Source: a virus. From it: a stretch of 64,000 nt of DNA. Under the pieces are notes generated by a model. It had not been told where the DNA came from. It worked only from the letters and a program-made list of their open reading frames with translations, and did not search any database. Position 1 is the stretch's first letter; each line of letters opens with the position of its first letter. The translations under genes were made by a program, and so were the position numbers. Positions 53,448 to 63,236 of the stretch are shown here, in pieces. The DNA lies in the IMG/VR virus record IMGVR_UViG_3300046093_000295; one strand, given 5' to 3'.

Positions 53448-53711
53448 ATGAACGGTAAAATCAAATTTCACAAAGCAACTGGACCAGCTTTCGCTCAAGG
53501 CGAAGTTTGGGTTAGTGCATCGGGAGTCAAAGTTGAAATTGTTTCGGTTCGGAAGTATATTGGCGCAACTACTGACCACTCTTCGGACTATTCGGTGACC
53601 TACAAAACCGATCCAAATAACAAGCCAGATCTGACTGGTAAAACAGATGGTTGGAACTTCCAATTGCGCTACACCCACCAGGCCGATGTTGGTCTGAAAG
53701 GTAAGAAATGA
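53448..53711 (+). CDS. hypothetical protein
   Basis: Cassette promoter and RBS. Confidence 0.65.
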   Translation: MNGKIKFHKATGPAFAQGEVWVSASGVKVEIVSVRKYIGATTDHSSDYSVTYKTDPNNKPDLTGKTDGWNFQLRYTHQADVGLKGKK

Positions 53712-53908
53712 CTTACTATTGCCCCAATTGCGAATCTACTTGGCTTCTGGTCAGTGAACATACTTTGTTTGAAATTAACACCGGAGAATTCTATTGTCAT
53801 TCAGTCAAGATGCATGACAATGTTGCTCATGTCAAATGCCAATCTTGCAATTGGACCGGTAAGCGCCAAGATCTTTTGAAATCTTTAGAAGGAAGCGAAT
53901 CGAAATGA
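53708..53908 (+). CDS. small zinc-ribbon protein
   Basis: CPNC...CQSC. Confidence 0.55.
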   Translation: MTYYCPNCESTWLLVSEHTLFEINTGEFYCHSVKMHDNVAHVKCQSCNWTGKRQDLLKSLEGSESK

Positions 53909-54327
53909 CATCCCTAGTTGAAAAACTTCAGATTAGTTCTCTAATTCTCAAAAATACAATTCAGAAAATGAATCAGGAGGAAACTTCTGAATTATTGCTT
54001 TCTGCTGCTGATCATATCATGGACCTGGAGAATGAAGTTGCAAGACTTCAATCCATCATTGATGGAATTTGGCCTGGAACTCCTGAAGCTGATTTAAACG
54101 AACTTTGTGAGCATGTAACCAAAACCGCACCTGAAGGTTATATTAGCGAAGGAGAATTTGATCTTCTTTTCTCAAGGCTTGATGATCGAATTCTGTTTAG
54201 TCAACTGGCAAAACGAATGCGAAACGTGACCATGCATGGTGGCAAATCATATTCGGTTTGTGACATCGAAGATCTTAGGGCCGTTCTTGAACAGCATCTA
54301 TACGAGAAACTGACAGGAAAAGAGTAA
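53905..54327 (+). CDS. hypothetical protein
   Basis: ORF. Confidence 0.6.
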   Translation: MTSLVEKLQISSLILKNTIQKMNQEETSELLLSAADHIMDLENEVARLQSIIDGIWPGTPEADLNELCEHVTKTAPEGYISEGEFDLLFSRLDDRILFSQLAKRMRNVTMHGGKSYSVCDIEDLRAVLEQHLYEKLTGKE

Positions 54328-54355
54328 ATCACTAAAATCGTGGTATACTAAGTAC

Positions 54356-54590
54356 CGGTAACATGTCCCGCCATGCTTGACTTTGCAAATCCCTAGTAAA
54401 GACAGCACACTTCGGCGCTATGGCTGGCTATGTCCGCCATAGGTAAAATGTATCCATGGGTAGCGACATGGAGCACGGACTTCTAGCTTGAGGATCGTCT
54501 TCCGAGAGTAAACATCAAAGACAGTATGGTTCTGACTTTAGGGAGTCGGAGTCATATTCAAGAGCATTCAGGTGTTTTTGAATATGATTC
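54356..54590 (+). ncRNA. candidate structured non-coding RNA
   Basis: TGGTATACT -10 upstream, several hairpins, 15-bp terminal stem, no long ORF. Confidence 0.35.
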
Positions 54591-54614
54591 ATGTTTTGAT
54601 TTAAGGTTTACAAA

Positions 54615-55169
54615 ATGAATAAAATTGATGAATTAATGAATATTGCAGATCAATGGAAGAATGAAACAGAAGGTACGCATAATCGTGCCCGCCTACAAGC
54701 TGAAATTGAAATTTTGCTGATGCACAGTAGAAAATTGCAAGGGGCTCTGGCCGCCATTAAGCACAATGGTTTAACTCTGGTTAAAACTGAAAGCTCATAT
54801 GTTCTACTAAATCTTGGCGAAATTTTTGCCAACCAGACAATACTTCCTAAAAATGGCGAACTTAAAGATGTTCATCTAACTCAAGTAACAGATGAGCTTC
54901 AGCAGATTATTGCGCAAAGTTACCAAGTTATAGCAGTTCTTGCAAATGACTGTGGCAGATTCGACACGCCTTCTGTGAGTAAAGCACTTGACAATACCAG
55001 CCAAATGAAATTAATCCATCGTGATGTGCTACCTTTCCCAAGTAGTTCAGAACTATGCATGTGTAAGCAACGACTGCTTAGTGATTGCCCTGGCGAGTGG
55101 GAACCAGGTTGTGACTTAGGAAATAATGAAAAGCATGCAGTCAAAGGAGAAAACCCTTTTACTAAATAA
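54615..55169 (+). CDS. hypothetical protein
   Basis: ORF. Confidence 0.6.
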   Translation: MNKIDELMNIADQWKNETEGTHNRARLQAEIEILLMHSRKLQGALAAIKHNGLTLVKTESSYVLLNLGEIFANQTILPKNGELKDVHLTQVTDELQQIIAQSYQVIAVLANDCGRFDTPSVSKALDNTSQMKLIHRDVLPFPSSSELCMCKQRLLSDCPGEWEPGCDLGNNEKHAVKGENPFTK

Positions 55170-55265
55170 TTTCTGAGCTAGCGACCGACAGTGTCAACAA
55201 CAGTGTATAATTCTTTTACACGCAGGCAATCTCGCTTAATTCCGAATTAATTAACCCTTCATACA

Positions 55266-55463
55266 ATGAAACTGCACAATATTCAAGAAGTTCTCGAAGA
55301 CTCGGAGTCTTTTATAGGGGGGCTATCACTATTCATTTCAATTTTGATAGTTGTAATTACATTAACGGTTATCCTTTTGATCATTTCTCCGGCGTTTACT
55401 TTTGGCTTGATTGTTTTTGCCGCTGTATGTCGAGTGTTGTTTGCTATTTTTAAGGGGGAATAA
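55266..55463 (+). CDS. small membrane protein
   Basis: Two hydrophobic segments. Confidence 0.55.
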   Translation: MKLHNIQEVLEDSESFIGGLSLFISILIVVITLTVILLIISPAFTFGLIVFAAVCRVLFAIFKGE

Positions 55464-55787
55464 ATGACAGACTATGAATTACTTGAGCTGGCTGCTAAAG
55501 CCGCTGGTTATTGGGAAATTAATGGGTGGTCGGTCGAAACGCATAAAGGTATGCGTTGGGTAAATCAAGATTGTTATTTTGAACGCTACTGGAACCCACT
55601 AACTGATGATGGTGACGCACTGAGGTTGGCTGCAAAGCTGAATATGGAATTAAAGATTTGCAATGGGGTGACTATTGTCGGTGATGGTCATAGTGACCTA
55701 GAGTACACTGAGACAAATCGAATCGAGTACCTAGCGGCTACTCGTCGCGCTATCGTCCGTGCTGCGGCCGAACTCGGGAGAAAGTAA
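55464..55787 (+). CDS. hypothetical protein (WNPLTDDGDALRLA family)
   Basis: Motif shared with 44805 and 59138. Confidence 0.7.
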   Translation: MTDYELLELAAKAAGYWEINGWSVETHKGMRWVNQDCYFERYWNPLTDDGDALRLAAKLNMELKICNGVTIVGDGHSDLEYTETNRIEYLAATRRAIVRAAAELGRK

Positions 55788-55790
55788 ATT

Positions 55791-56282
55791 ATGACACAAA
55801 TTGATGTAATGAAAATGGCGCTAGAAGCGCTAGTGTTAGCTGACCACGACTCTGGAATTTATTCATTTGATATTGAAATCACAGCATTACGTAGCGCTAT
55901 TGACCGAGCCGAGAAACATGAACCTGCATTTTGGCTAAATGAGCACGGCCAACTAAGTGCAACGAGGGGGTATGCAGAGCGTCATTCTCCTGGTCAAAAA
56001 CTAATCCCGCTCTATACTGAACCTCAAACAGAGCTCCCTGGTGTCCAAGAAGGCCAATCGCGGTTGAAAGAGTTGGATTCGATGGTAAAAGAGCACAACT
56101 TGCAAGATGTACGTTGTGAATGTTGCGGCTATATGACGTATCACCGAGAACATATGGGTTGTATTCGCGCAGCACAAAAACCGCTACATTTGACAGATGC
56201 GGAAATTGATCAGATTGCCGAGATAGCAACCCAAGCTGTCAAAATTGGAATGCGTAAACAGCGTTTGGAGCAAAATAAATGA
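55791..56282 (+). CDS. modular hypothetical protein
   Basis: EPAFW...PLYT modules. Confidence 0.6.
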   Translation: MTQIDVMKMALEALVLADHDSGIYSFDIEITALRSAIDRAEKHEPAFWLNEHGQLSATRGYAERHSPGQKLIPLYTEPQTELPGVQEGQSRLKELDSMVKEHNLQDVRCECCGYMTYHREHMGCIRAAQKPLHLTDAEIDQIAEIATQAVKIGMRKQRLEQNK

Positions 56283-56695
56283 CTAAGCAAATTGACGAAT
56301 TAATGGCGCTTGTGAACGATCTCTTATTCGCCCCAAACCATTTACGCAAAAAGAAAAGTCAGGCGTTGCGCACCGCACTTGAGGCTGCGCTGAAGCCGGG
56401 GAATGTAGCCAGTAAAACGAGAAACCCAAAGTACCCTTGGAAGCCTTCACATGGATGGGATAAATGCATGAAGTGCTTTGAAAACTTCAGCATGGAGCCT
56501 TGCAATCATTGCGGTGATGGATACCCAGACCAATACCTAGACGCACTACCAGCACAAACACCACCGCCACAGTTGAGTGATGAGCAAATCAGTGACATTG
56601 CTATCAGTACCCCACCGAATGTTCACGCCTATGGTCGTGCCATCGAAACCGCAGTGCGTAAACAAATGTTTAACAATTTGGGGCAAAATAAATGA
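56279..56695 (+). CDS. modular hypothetical protein
   Basis: Shares C-terminal module with 57691. Confidence 0.6.
   Translation: MTKQIDELMALVNDLLFAPNHLRKKKSQALRTALEAALKPGNVASKTRNPKYPWKPSHGWDKCMKCFENFSMEPCNHCGDGYPDQYLDALPAQTPPPQLSDEQISDIAISTPPNVHAYGRAIETAVRKQMFNNLGQNK
56572..56647 (+). repeat. 76-bp direct repeat; second copy 58113-58188
   Basis: Three synonymous differences. Confidence 0.9.
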
Positions 56696-57246
56696 ATCAA
56701 CGTGAAATCATCGAAATGACGCACAAATCTGATCCGGTGGCATGGATGCATCCTGCAAATGCATCTTGTGTCACAACTGACCCAACTGCATACGCAAGGG
56801 GCATACCTCTTTACACTGCGCAGCCGGAGCAAACATCTGATGCGCTAAAGCCTGTTTACGCATTCCGTCGCAAAGGTCTTGATGACTTCTGCACATGCAA
56901 AGAGAGCAGATACCTTGATTTTCAAGGCATGCCAAACCTGTATGAGGTGGCAATTTTTTATCGTGCTGCACCACCAGCACAAGTTCCTGATGCGATGGTA
57001 AAAAAAGCAATTAAATTGCTTGAACTGTTCAATGACCCAAGCTTGCCTGAGCACAGCGGATGCATGTCAAAAACATCGCCAGCACAAACACCAGAACGGT
57101 TGACTGAGACACAAAACCGCAAAGCCTTTGAGGAGTTCGTAAAATCTGAGATGGGCGACATTGCAGTGATGGATGCCGGCCGATACATCAGCCCGAAGAT
57201 CCAGAACTACTGGCGCGTATGGGAAGCCGCATCGAGTAAACATTAA
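56692..57246 (+). CDS. modular hypothetical protein
   Basis: DPVAW...PLYT, KPV modules. Confidence 0.6.
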   Translation: MNQREIIEMTHKSDPVAWMHPANASCVTTDPTAYARGIPLYTAQPEQTSDALKPVYAFRRKGLDDFCTCKESRYLDFQGMPNLYEVAIFYRAAPPAQVPDAMVKKAIKLLELFNDPSLPEHSGCMSKTSPAQTPERLTETQNRKAFEEFVKSEMGDIAVMDAGRYISPKIQNYWRVWEAASSKH

Positions 57247-57261
57247 ACAGTTTGGAGTAGA

Positions 57262-57540
57262 ATGATGGATGAAAGCACCCAAATAACAGGGGTGGCGGTC
57301 AAGTATGACGGAAAGGTTTGGTCTTTACCAAAGCCAAATCGCCACCACAACGTCATCCGCCATATTGCCACAGAAACAGGGACCGGTATTAATGGTCCTG
57401 ATGTGCAGGGATTTATCACGAACAATGGTGAGTTCCTGAATCGAAAAGCGGCAATGGCGCTTGCTGCAGTAAATGGTCAACTAAACCGTCGTCCCGGTGG
57501 GTATCCAGAACCAGAACTTTATTCGGAGGATTTATGGTAA
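57262..57540 (+). CDS. hypothetical protein
   Basis: RHH...QGF.T..G.FL.R..A...LYSEDLW conserved phage pattern. Confidence 0.7.
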   Translation: MMDESTQITGVAVKYDGKVWSLPKPNRHHNVIRHIATETGTGINGPDVQGFITNNGEFLNRKAAMALAAVNGQLNRRPGGYPEPELYSEDLW

Positions 57541-57690
57541 GCGGGGCGGCCTGAGTGACGCGCTACCAAGCCCTTAAACGCATGGGCTGCGACACGCTCA
57601 CAGCAGCCACCATCGCCGCGATAAATTGGGCGCAAGGCGTACCACAAGGGGTTGTTTATTTTATGCACATGGTCATTGAATACGAGGTGA

Positions 57691-58224
57691 ATGATGAGTG
57701 AATTACGTAAAGCAGCGGAACAGGCGCTAACTGTTCTAGTGGACATTGACCAAGCCGATAACGACAGAGACTTCCTGAGCGATTCTCAATGCTGTAAACT
57801 TGATCAGGCAGTGAAAGACCTTCGCAATGCGCTTCAAAGCATAGCTACGGTGACTTATGACCAACAAGCACTTGAATTGTGCAATGATTGCGGATGGAAA
57901 GCAGTTATTCCTGATGCCGGCTGCTTGAACTGCCAGCGTGAAGCTGCGCTGAAGCCGGTGGAACCATATGGGTGCGTGACGGTAGTGAAACGCCCAGGAT
58001 GTGCAGACCAGCACTGGTTCTATCGCCACCCTGAGTTACCGTATATTGACAATGCCGATGAGTGCCACACCGTCTACGCTGTCCCACCCCCAGCACAAAA
58101 AACGCCGCCATGGTTGAGTGATGAGCAAATTAGTGACATTGCTATCAGCACCCCACCGAATGTTCACGCCTATGGCCGTGCCATCGAAGCTGAAGTTCGC
58201 AGACAGTTAGGAGCGGAGGAATGA
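57691..58224 (+). CDS. modular hypothetical protein
   Basis: CxxC...CxxC plus shared C-terminal module. Confidence 0.6.
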   Translation: MMSELRKAAEQALTVLVDIDQADNDRDFLSDSQCCKLDQAVKDLRNALQSIATVTYDQQALELCNDCGWKAVIPDAGCLNCQREAALKPVEPYGCVTVVKRPGCADQHWFYRHPELPYIDNADECHTVYAVPPPAQKTPPWLSDEQISDIAISTPPNVHAYGRAIEAEVRRQLGAEE

Positions 58225-58409
58225 CCGCAATCGAAACAATTGAATTTGCTTTGAACGAGATCGCATTGCTAAAATGCGATGCCGCATATGTGCAAGATTG
58301 CCACGTTTGCAATTCTGAAGAAGCTTTGAAGTCTGTCCTTGAAAAAATTACAGAAGAAAAAATTTCCGCATATCAGCGTGGCTATTTGGATGGTAAAGAA
58401 AGAAACTAA
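58221..58409 (+). CDS. hypothetical protein
   Basis: ORF. Confidence 0.5.
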   Translation: MTAIETIEFALNEIALLKCDAAYVQDCHVCNSEEALKSVLEKITEEKISAYQRGYLDGKERN

Positions 58410-58949
58410 ATGACTATAAACAAAACTCCAACAACTGTAGAAACTTGGATAGCATCAATCAAAGAGTCTACTGAAAAACTAAACCATTGGCTGACTCGAC
58501 AGTACGTGGGGGAGATGCTTGCGGCATCCCGCATTCGGGAACTGGTTGTTATTTCCCCACAAAAGCAAAAACCAATCTTGCAACGCATTGCTGATGATGA
58601 AGCTAAACATGCTTCATGGGTAAAAGAACTTCTTGTGACTAGAGGAATGCCGATACCAGAAGCAACTTATGAAGGTACTCGCTACTGGGAACCAATTCTG
58701 AAAATTGAAATGACCGCGACTCAGCTAATGGCTGCAGGGGCGCATGCTGAAGAGATGCGACTTCATCGCATTAGGGCACTGGCTGAAGACTCTGGAATTG
58801 ATCAGGACATTCGTGACGTATTTCAGAAAATACTGCCAGATGAAGAGTTTCATGCAAAAGCTTTTGCTGGCATGGCAGGAGCCGAAGCTGTCGCACAAGC
58901 AGAAGGTAATCACCAAGAAGGTCTACTGGCTCTAGGACTAGAACTTTAA
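58410..58949 (+). CDS. ferritin-like di-iron protein
   Basis: E...DEAKH / EE...DEEFH paired ExxH motifs. Confidence 0.75.
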   Translation: MTINKTPTTVETWIASIKESTEKLNHWLTRQYVGEMLAASRIRELVVISPQKQKPILQRIADDEAKHASWVKELLVTRGMPIPEATYEGTRYWEPILKIEMTATQLMAAGAHAEEMRLHRIRALAEDSGIDQDIRDVFQKILPDEEFHAKAFAGMAGAEAVAQAEGNHQEGLLALGLEL

Positions 58950-59137
58950 GTCAGGTACAAAAATGAAAACATTGGTCATATTTGCATTTTCAATTCTGAG
59001 CATATATCTTTTAGGCGCATTTGCTCATGCCGATTTTAACATTTTCAACTGGTATGTTCCTATCCGAATGTTTATTTCGTTTGTTGGATTTATCGCGGTT
59101 TTCGCAGTCGCGGGTGATGCATATAGTCGATAAAATA

Positions 59138-59455
59138 ATGAACGAACAAGGTAAAACAATTCTGCTGACCTTAGCCAAGTCGCTTGGCTACCCTGTGATT
59201 ACCATTCAGCATGGAAAAATTGTATGTTTGAAGGGTGGCAATACATTCCATTGGAACCCATTAACTTGTAATTCAGATGCATTTGAGTTGCAAATTAAAT
59301 TGGGCCTCATCGTAGGCGTACATCAAGGTTATTCCTCATGCTCTGGGTTTTCAGAACTCGGAGATGAACTGCATGAAGATCACGGTAATGATCCCGTTGC
59401 GGCAACCCGAAGGGTCATTGTTCATGCAGCTCTGCTTGCTTCTGATAAGTCATGA
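59138..59455 (+). CDS. hypothetical protein (WNPL family)
   Basis: WNPLTCNSDAFEL...AATRRVIV.AA; start reassigned. Confidence 0.6.
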   Translation: MNEQGKTILLTLAKSLGYPVITIQHGKIVCLKGGNTFHWNPLTCNSDAFELQIKLGLIVGVHQGYSSCSGFSELGDELHEDHGNDPVAATRRVIVHAALLASDKS

Positions 59456-60198
59456 GATTTTCTTGAATAAGTGCCACGATTTCCAATAGCAGACTTGACA
59501 TTCCCGGGATCAAAGACGGTCAAAATGGTGTTTGTTCCAAAATTTACTAAAACCCCGTCATGCTTAGAGGCTCTCTGAAGATTCGCAACAAACGTTTCAG
59601 CATCCCGTTCATCATAGAAATCGTTAAACAGCATAAACATCTGTTGCAATTTTGGGAAGTCCTCATAATTAGAAACTGCATTTGCTAAAACCTTTTCAAG
59701 TCCTTCTCTAGAGACTTCGCCAAAATCATTTAAAACCTCTTTATGCTTATTTGAACCAACAATCAGTTTCTTAATTATTGAGGCAGAAAACGAACTGTCA
59801 TCGCCATACACTATTGGCGACTCCATTTTGATGTAAACTGGTACCACATTTGGAGTTCCCAAATTATTATTTGTTGCATAAGCACTCGCAGCGTTTGGGT
59901 CATTTATGAAATAATGGCCCATTCCATATGCATCTGTTCCTTTGCCAATAAAAGCATTCGAAAAAGCTTGAATTTCCGCTTTTGTTCCGTGGTAAAAGAC
60001 TTCTGGGCGACCATGTTTATCAACAGCCTTGGATTTGCCAAACCATTTGTAAAAGTGTTGTATGCCTTCGTAAGTGTGGTGTATAGGTTTGCCTTGCGAA
60101 TTATTCTCATGCTTAAGAACTCCGTTTACCGTAATTTTTGGAAACTTTGCAGTTTCGTAGGCTTCGCTAAGAGAAAGAAAAATATTTTGCGGTTTCAT
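59422..60198 (-). CDS. ADP-ribosyltransferase-like protein (polyvalent-protein-type)
   Basis: F..WFG.SK.VD..G.P.VFYHGT, G.G.YF, V.PVY, HDG motifs; GTAAATA upstream on the minus strand. Confidence 0.65.
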   Translation of the reverse strand: MKPQNIFLSLSEAYETAKFPKITVNGVLKHENNSQGKPIHHTYEGIQHFYKWFGKSKAVDKHGRPEVFYHGTKAEIQAFSNAFIGKGTDAYGMGHYFINDPNAASAYATNNNLGTPNVVPVYIKMESPIVYGDDSSFSASIIKKLIVGSNKHKEVLNDFGEVSREGLEKVLANAVSNYEDFPKLQQMFMLFNDFYDERDAETFVANLQRASKHDGVLVNFGTNTILTVFDPGNVKSAIGNRGTYSRKSHDLSEASRAA

Positions 60199-60301
60199 GA
60201 AGTTCCCAAAATTGCTGTGGTATAATAACTCGTGTTTAAGTTATTTACCTAAACCATGCGAATAACTTGCCCCTAACCAAACTCATTTAAGAAAGCCACT
60301 C

Positions 60302-60715
60302 ATGAAAAATTCCACAGAAACCGTAACCGTCTTTCGCCATGTCCGTCCCCGTAATGAAGACGGGCAACTTTTTGCAAAAGGCGGATTCGTTCTCGTGTTT
60401 GAACTGAATTTTGGCAAAAACATTCGTATTGCAGTCGCTGCCTGCCGTGATGATGAAAACTTCTGTAAGAGTATCGGTAATAAAACTGCTGCTGAAGCTT
60501 TGGCAACCGGGAAAAGTATTGAAGTAGAATGGAATCTGTATGATCCAGAAGCATCCTTGGTTGAGACTGCCCGGGCAGCCTGTGCCCTTGTATACATTCG
60601 AACGTTTACCGACCAGATTCAAATGCCCAGTATTGCAATTAAAAAGTTCTGCGTGCTAGTATGTTCTGAAGAGATTGAAAGCATGATTTCCTATATCGAA
60701 CATAAGCATGCTTGA
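60302..60715 (+). CDS. hypothetical protein
   Basis: ORF. Confidence 0.65.
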   Translation: MKNSTETVTVFRHVRPRNEDGQLFAKGGFVLVFELNFGKNIRIAVAACRDDENFCKSIGNKTAAEALATGKSIEVEWNLYDPEASLVETARAACALVYIRTFTDQIQMPSIAIKKFCVLVCSEEIESMISYIEHKHA

Positions 60716-60896
60716 ATTACCTGAAACTAAAGAACATCTCACGCATGAATTGATTACCGCTCAAATTAAATTGGGCCATTGCATGGATGTTCTCGAGTTA
60801 ATTGCAACTGATCAGCGAGCTGACGGAACTTGGAATCGAGATCGTAAGGCATGCCAAATTCTGGCAAGAAAAACACTAGACGTCTTAAAGCTTTAA
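60708..60896 (+). CDS. hypothetical protein
   Basis: ORF. Confidence 0.5.
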   Translation: MLELPETKEHLTHELITAQIKLGHCMDVLELIATDQRADGTWNRDRKACQILARKTLDVLKL

Positions 60897-60909
60897 ATTG
60901 GGGCTAGTT

Positions 60910-61419
60910 ATGGATAAGCAAGAAAAATTTGATCGTTATTTTATGGACGTCGCAAAACGCACTGCACTTCTGTCTTATGCCGAAAGGCGTAAGGTAGGTT
61001 CAATTGTGGAAAAAGACGGCAACATTCTTGCTATCGGGTTTAATGGAACCCCGTCTGGAGAGAATAATACCTGCGAAGACAGGGTTTATTATTCCGGTGT
61101 TCCAGTCGATGACCATTGGGGCGGTCAGTATATCCCAGATCCAACGGACTATCCATTTGAGGATGAAAAGGGCAAGTATTATCTAACGACCAAAGATAAT
61201 GTCATTCATGCAGAAGAAAACTGTTTGATGAAAATGGCCCGAAGCAATAGCTCTTGTGTCGGTGCAACAATGTATGTTACAATGTCACCTTGTGTACCAT
61301 GTTCCAGAATGATGTTTTCTGCTGGATTTGTTCGTATTGTTTATGGCGAAGAATACCGAGATCGAAGAGGACTGGATTTTCTTGAGAGACGTGGCGTAAA
61401 ATGCGATTTTCTGGAGTAG
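60910..61419 (+). CDS. dCMP deaminase
   Basis: GFNGTP, HAEEN, SPCVPC. Confidence 0.92.
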   Translation: MDKQEKFDRYFMDVAKRTALLSYAERRKVGSIVEKDGNILAIGFNGTPSGENNTCEDRVYYSGVPVDDHWGGQYIPDPTDYPFEDEKGKYYLTTKDNVIHAEENCLMKMARSNSSCVGATMYVTMSPCVPCSRMMFSAGFVRIVYGEEYRDRRGLDFLERRGVKCDFLE

Positions 61420-61422
61420 AAT

Positions 61423-62148
61423 ATGCAAATGACTGAACAAGAACTGAATATCAAAATCAAAACCATTGCTAAGCATGGTCTTGGTAAGTGGCCCCAGATG
61501 CTAGTTACTGGGAAGAATGTGACTGTGGATCAAGCAAAAGAAATAATCTTTTGTACTGATCCATTTTTTACTGATGCCTACTGTTACTCTGGCGGCAACG
61601 ATAAAAAATTCAATGAAAACTATCGCAAGATCTCTGGTCTCGATACTCTTGTTGTTGACGGCGAACCACACGATGCTGCCGATCCCCAGACGGACTGGGA
61701 CGCAGTAGAGGAACTTCGGAAAATTCTTGGCGTATTCGCTCACGAATACGTTGCGACTGACTGGGGATCGAGCTGCTTCATCTATGGCCCTCATGGTTGG
61801 TGCCATCCCGATGGTAGGATTCATTATGAAGACAACATTGGTAAGTGGCCGTCAATTGAACAGGTCTATGCTGAGTGGTCAGAAGTTGCCAAGAAGTTCC
61901 CGTTTCTTGACTTGACTGTCACTCTGATGAATGATGAGCGACTTGCGCCTGAGCGCCTCGCGGTTATCAATCTTAGGGTTCTTGATGGCGAAGTCAGTCT
62001 CGAAGCGCCTGATGATTCCATGCATACTATTGAGTTTGACGACGATCGCGAATTCGCAGTCAAAGAGACTGGGTTGCCTGAATCATGGTACGTAGAATTC
62101 GCTGCAATTGTGAAAGCCGGGATTGACAAGTGTCGGAAAACAGTGTAA
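61423..62148 (+). CDS. hypothetical protein
   Basis: Long ORF. Confidence 0.7.
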   Translation: MQMTEQELNIKIKTIAKHGLGKWPQMLVTGKNVTVDQAKEIIFCTDPFFTDAYCYSGGNDKKFNENYRKISGLDTLVVDGEPHDAADPQTDWDAVEELRKILGVFAHEYVATDWGSSCFIYGPHGWCHPDGRIHYEDNIGKWPSIEQVYAEWSEVAKKFPFLDLTVTLMNDERLAPERLAVINLRVLDGEVSLEAPDDSMHTIEFDDDREFAVKETGLPESWYVEFAAIVKAGIDKCRKTV

Positions 62149-62176
62149 AATTCAACTTTAAACAAAAACTTATATC

Positions 62177-63232
62177 ATGACAAACCCTATGATTAAATTC
62201 CCAAGCATCGGCCAATTTCGCGATGCTATCAAGCAGATTCAATCTAGCGCCAAGTACCACGGGAAGCCAGTACCGAAACTGAAAATGGTCGGTTTTATCA
62301 AGGCACACGGGTCCAATGGTGGAATTGTCCGCAAAGTCGGCGGAACTGCCGAAGACATTTACTTCCAGTCTCGCGAACGCATTCTGTCGCTGGAATCAGA
62401 TAATGCAGGTTTCTGGTTCTGGGGGAATTCCATTCGTGCTGAACTGAATGACATGTTCAATCGAATCGAAAAGGCATGTCCGGGCAAAACTGGTTATATT
62501 CAAGTATTCGGCGAATGGGCGGGTGGTAGTATCCAATCCGGCGTCGGTTTGACTGGCCTCGACAAATTCTTCATGGTATTCGGTATTCGCGTTTCTGAAG
62601 ATGCTGAGTGCACCGACTGGGAACCAAAAGTAGTCTATGATGAAGTCTTTAAGTTCGAAGTTCATCCTTCTGTCTTTGACAAGTATTTCTTTAAGACATG
62701 GAAAATCGAAATCGACTTTTCCAATCCGGCACTGATGCAAAATGAGTTGGTTCGTATTACTCAAGAAGTTGAAGCTGATTGCCCTGTTGCTCGCTACTTC
62801 AAGCCCGATGCAGAAATTGGTTCCCTTATCGGCGAAGGCGTAGTATGGGTTGTCGAAGAAGGTCAGGACTGTGGCTTTGATGTTTTGTCGGTGATGATGA
62901 AGATAAAGGGAGAAAAACATAGTGTTTCTAAAGTCAAGACTGTTGCTGAAGTAGATGTCGAAAAAGTTAAGAGTATTGCTGACTTCATTGAGTATGCAGC
63001 AACTGAAAATCGACTTGAGCAGATGTTCCAAAAGGCTGTAGAATTGCAACTTGAGATTAGTGCGAAGTCCACTGGTGCATATATCAAGCTTGTGGTAGGT
63101 GATATTTTGAAGGAAGAATTAGATGTGATGGCGGCCTCGCAAATTGAACCCAAGGATATCGGTGGTCCTCTTGCGACAAAGGCGCGAGAGTTCTGGTTTA
63201 AGAAAGTAGAAGAATCTGTCAATCTGGGGTAA
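62177..63232 (+). CDS. RNA ligase (Rnl2-like nucleotidyltransferase)
   Basis: KAHGSN (KxHGxN), FGEW, GEGVVW, KIKGEKH motifs. Confidence 0.8.
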   Translation: MTNPMIKFPSIGQFRDAIKQIQSSAKYHGKPVPKLKMVGFIKAHGSNGGIVRKVGGTAEDIYFQSRERILSLESDNAGFWFWGNSIRAELNDMFNRIEKACPGKTGYIQVFGEWAGGSIQSGVGLTGLDKFFMVFGIRVSEDAECTDWEPKVVYDEVFKFEVHPSVFDKYFFKTWKIEIDFSNPALMQNELVRITQEVEADCPVARYFKPDAEIGSLIGEGVVWVVEEGQDCGFDVLSVMMKIKGEKHSVSKVKTVAEVDVEKVKSIADFIEYAATENRLEQMFQKAVELQLEISAKSTGAYIKLVVGDILKEELDVMAASQIEPKDIGGPLATKAREFWFKKVEESVNLG

Positions 63233-63236
63233 AATC

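Noticed and set aside
56572-58188. DGR template/variable repeat pair
   Set aside because: Only three synonymous C/T differences, both copies are coding, and no reverse transcriptase is in the window.
62396-63049. Long antisense ORFs (also 44836-45411, 19156-19656, 14238-14738 and many shorter ones)
   Set aside because: They are shadows of well-supported + strand genes, with no RBS or recognisable motifs.
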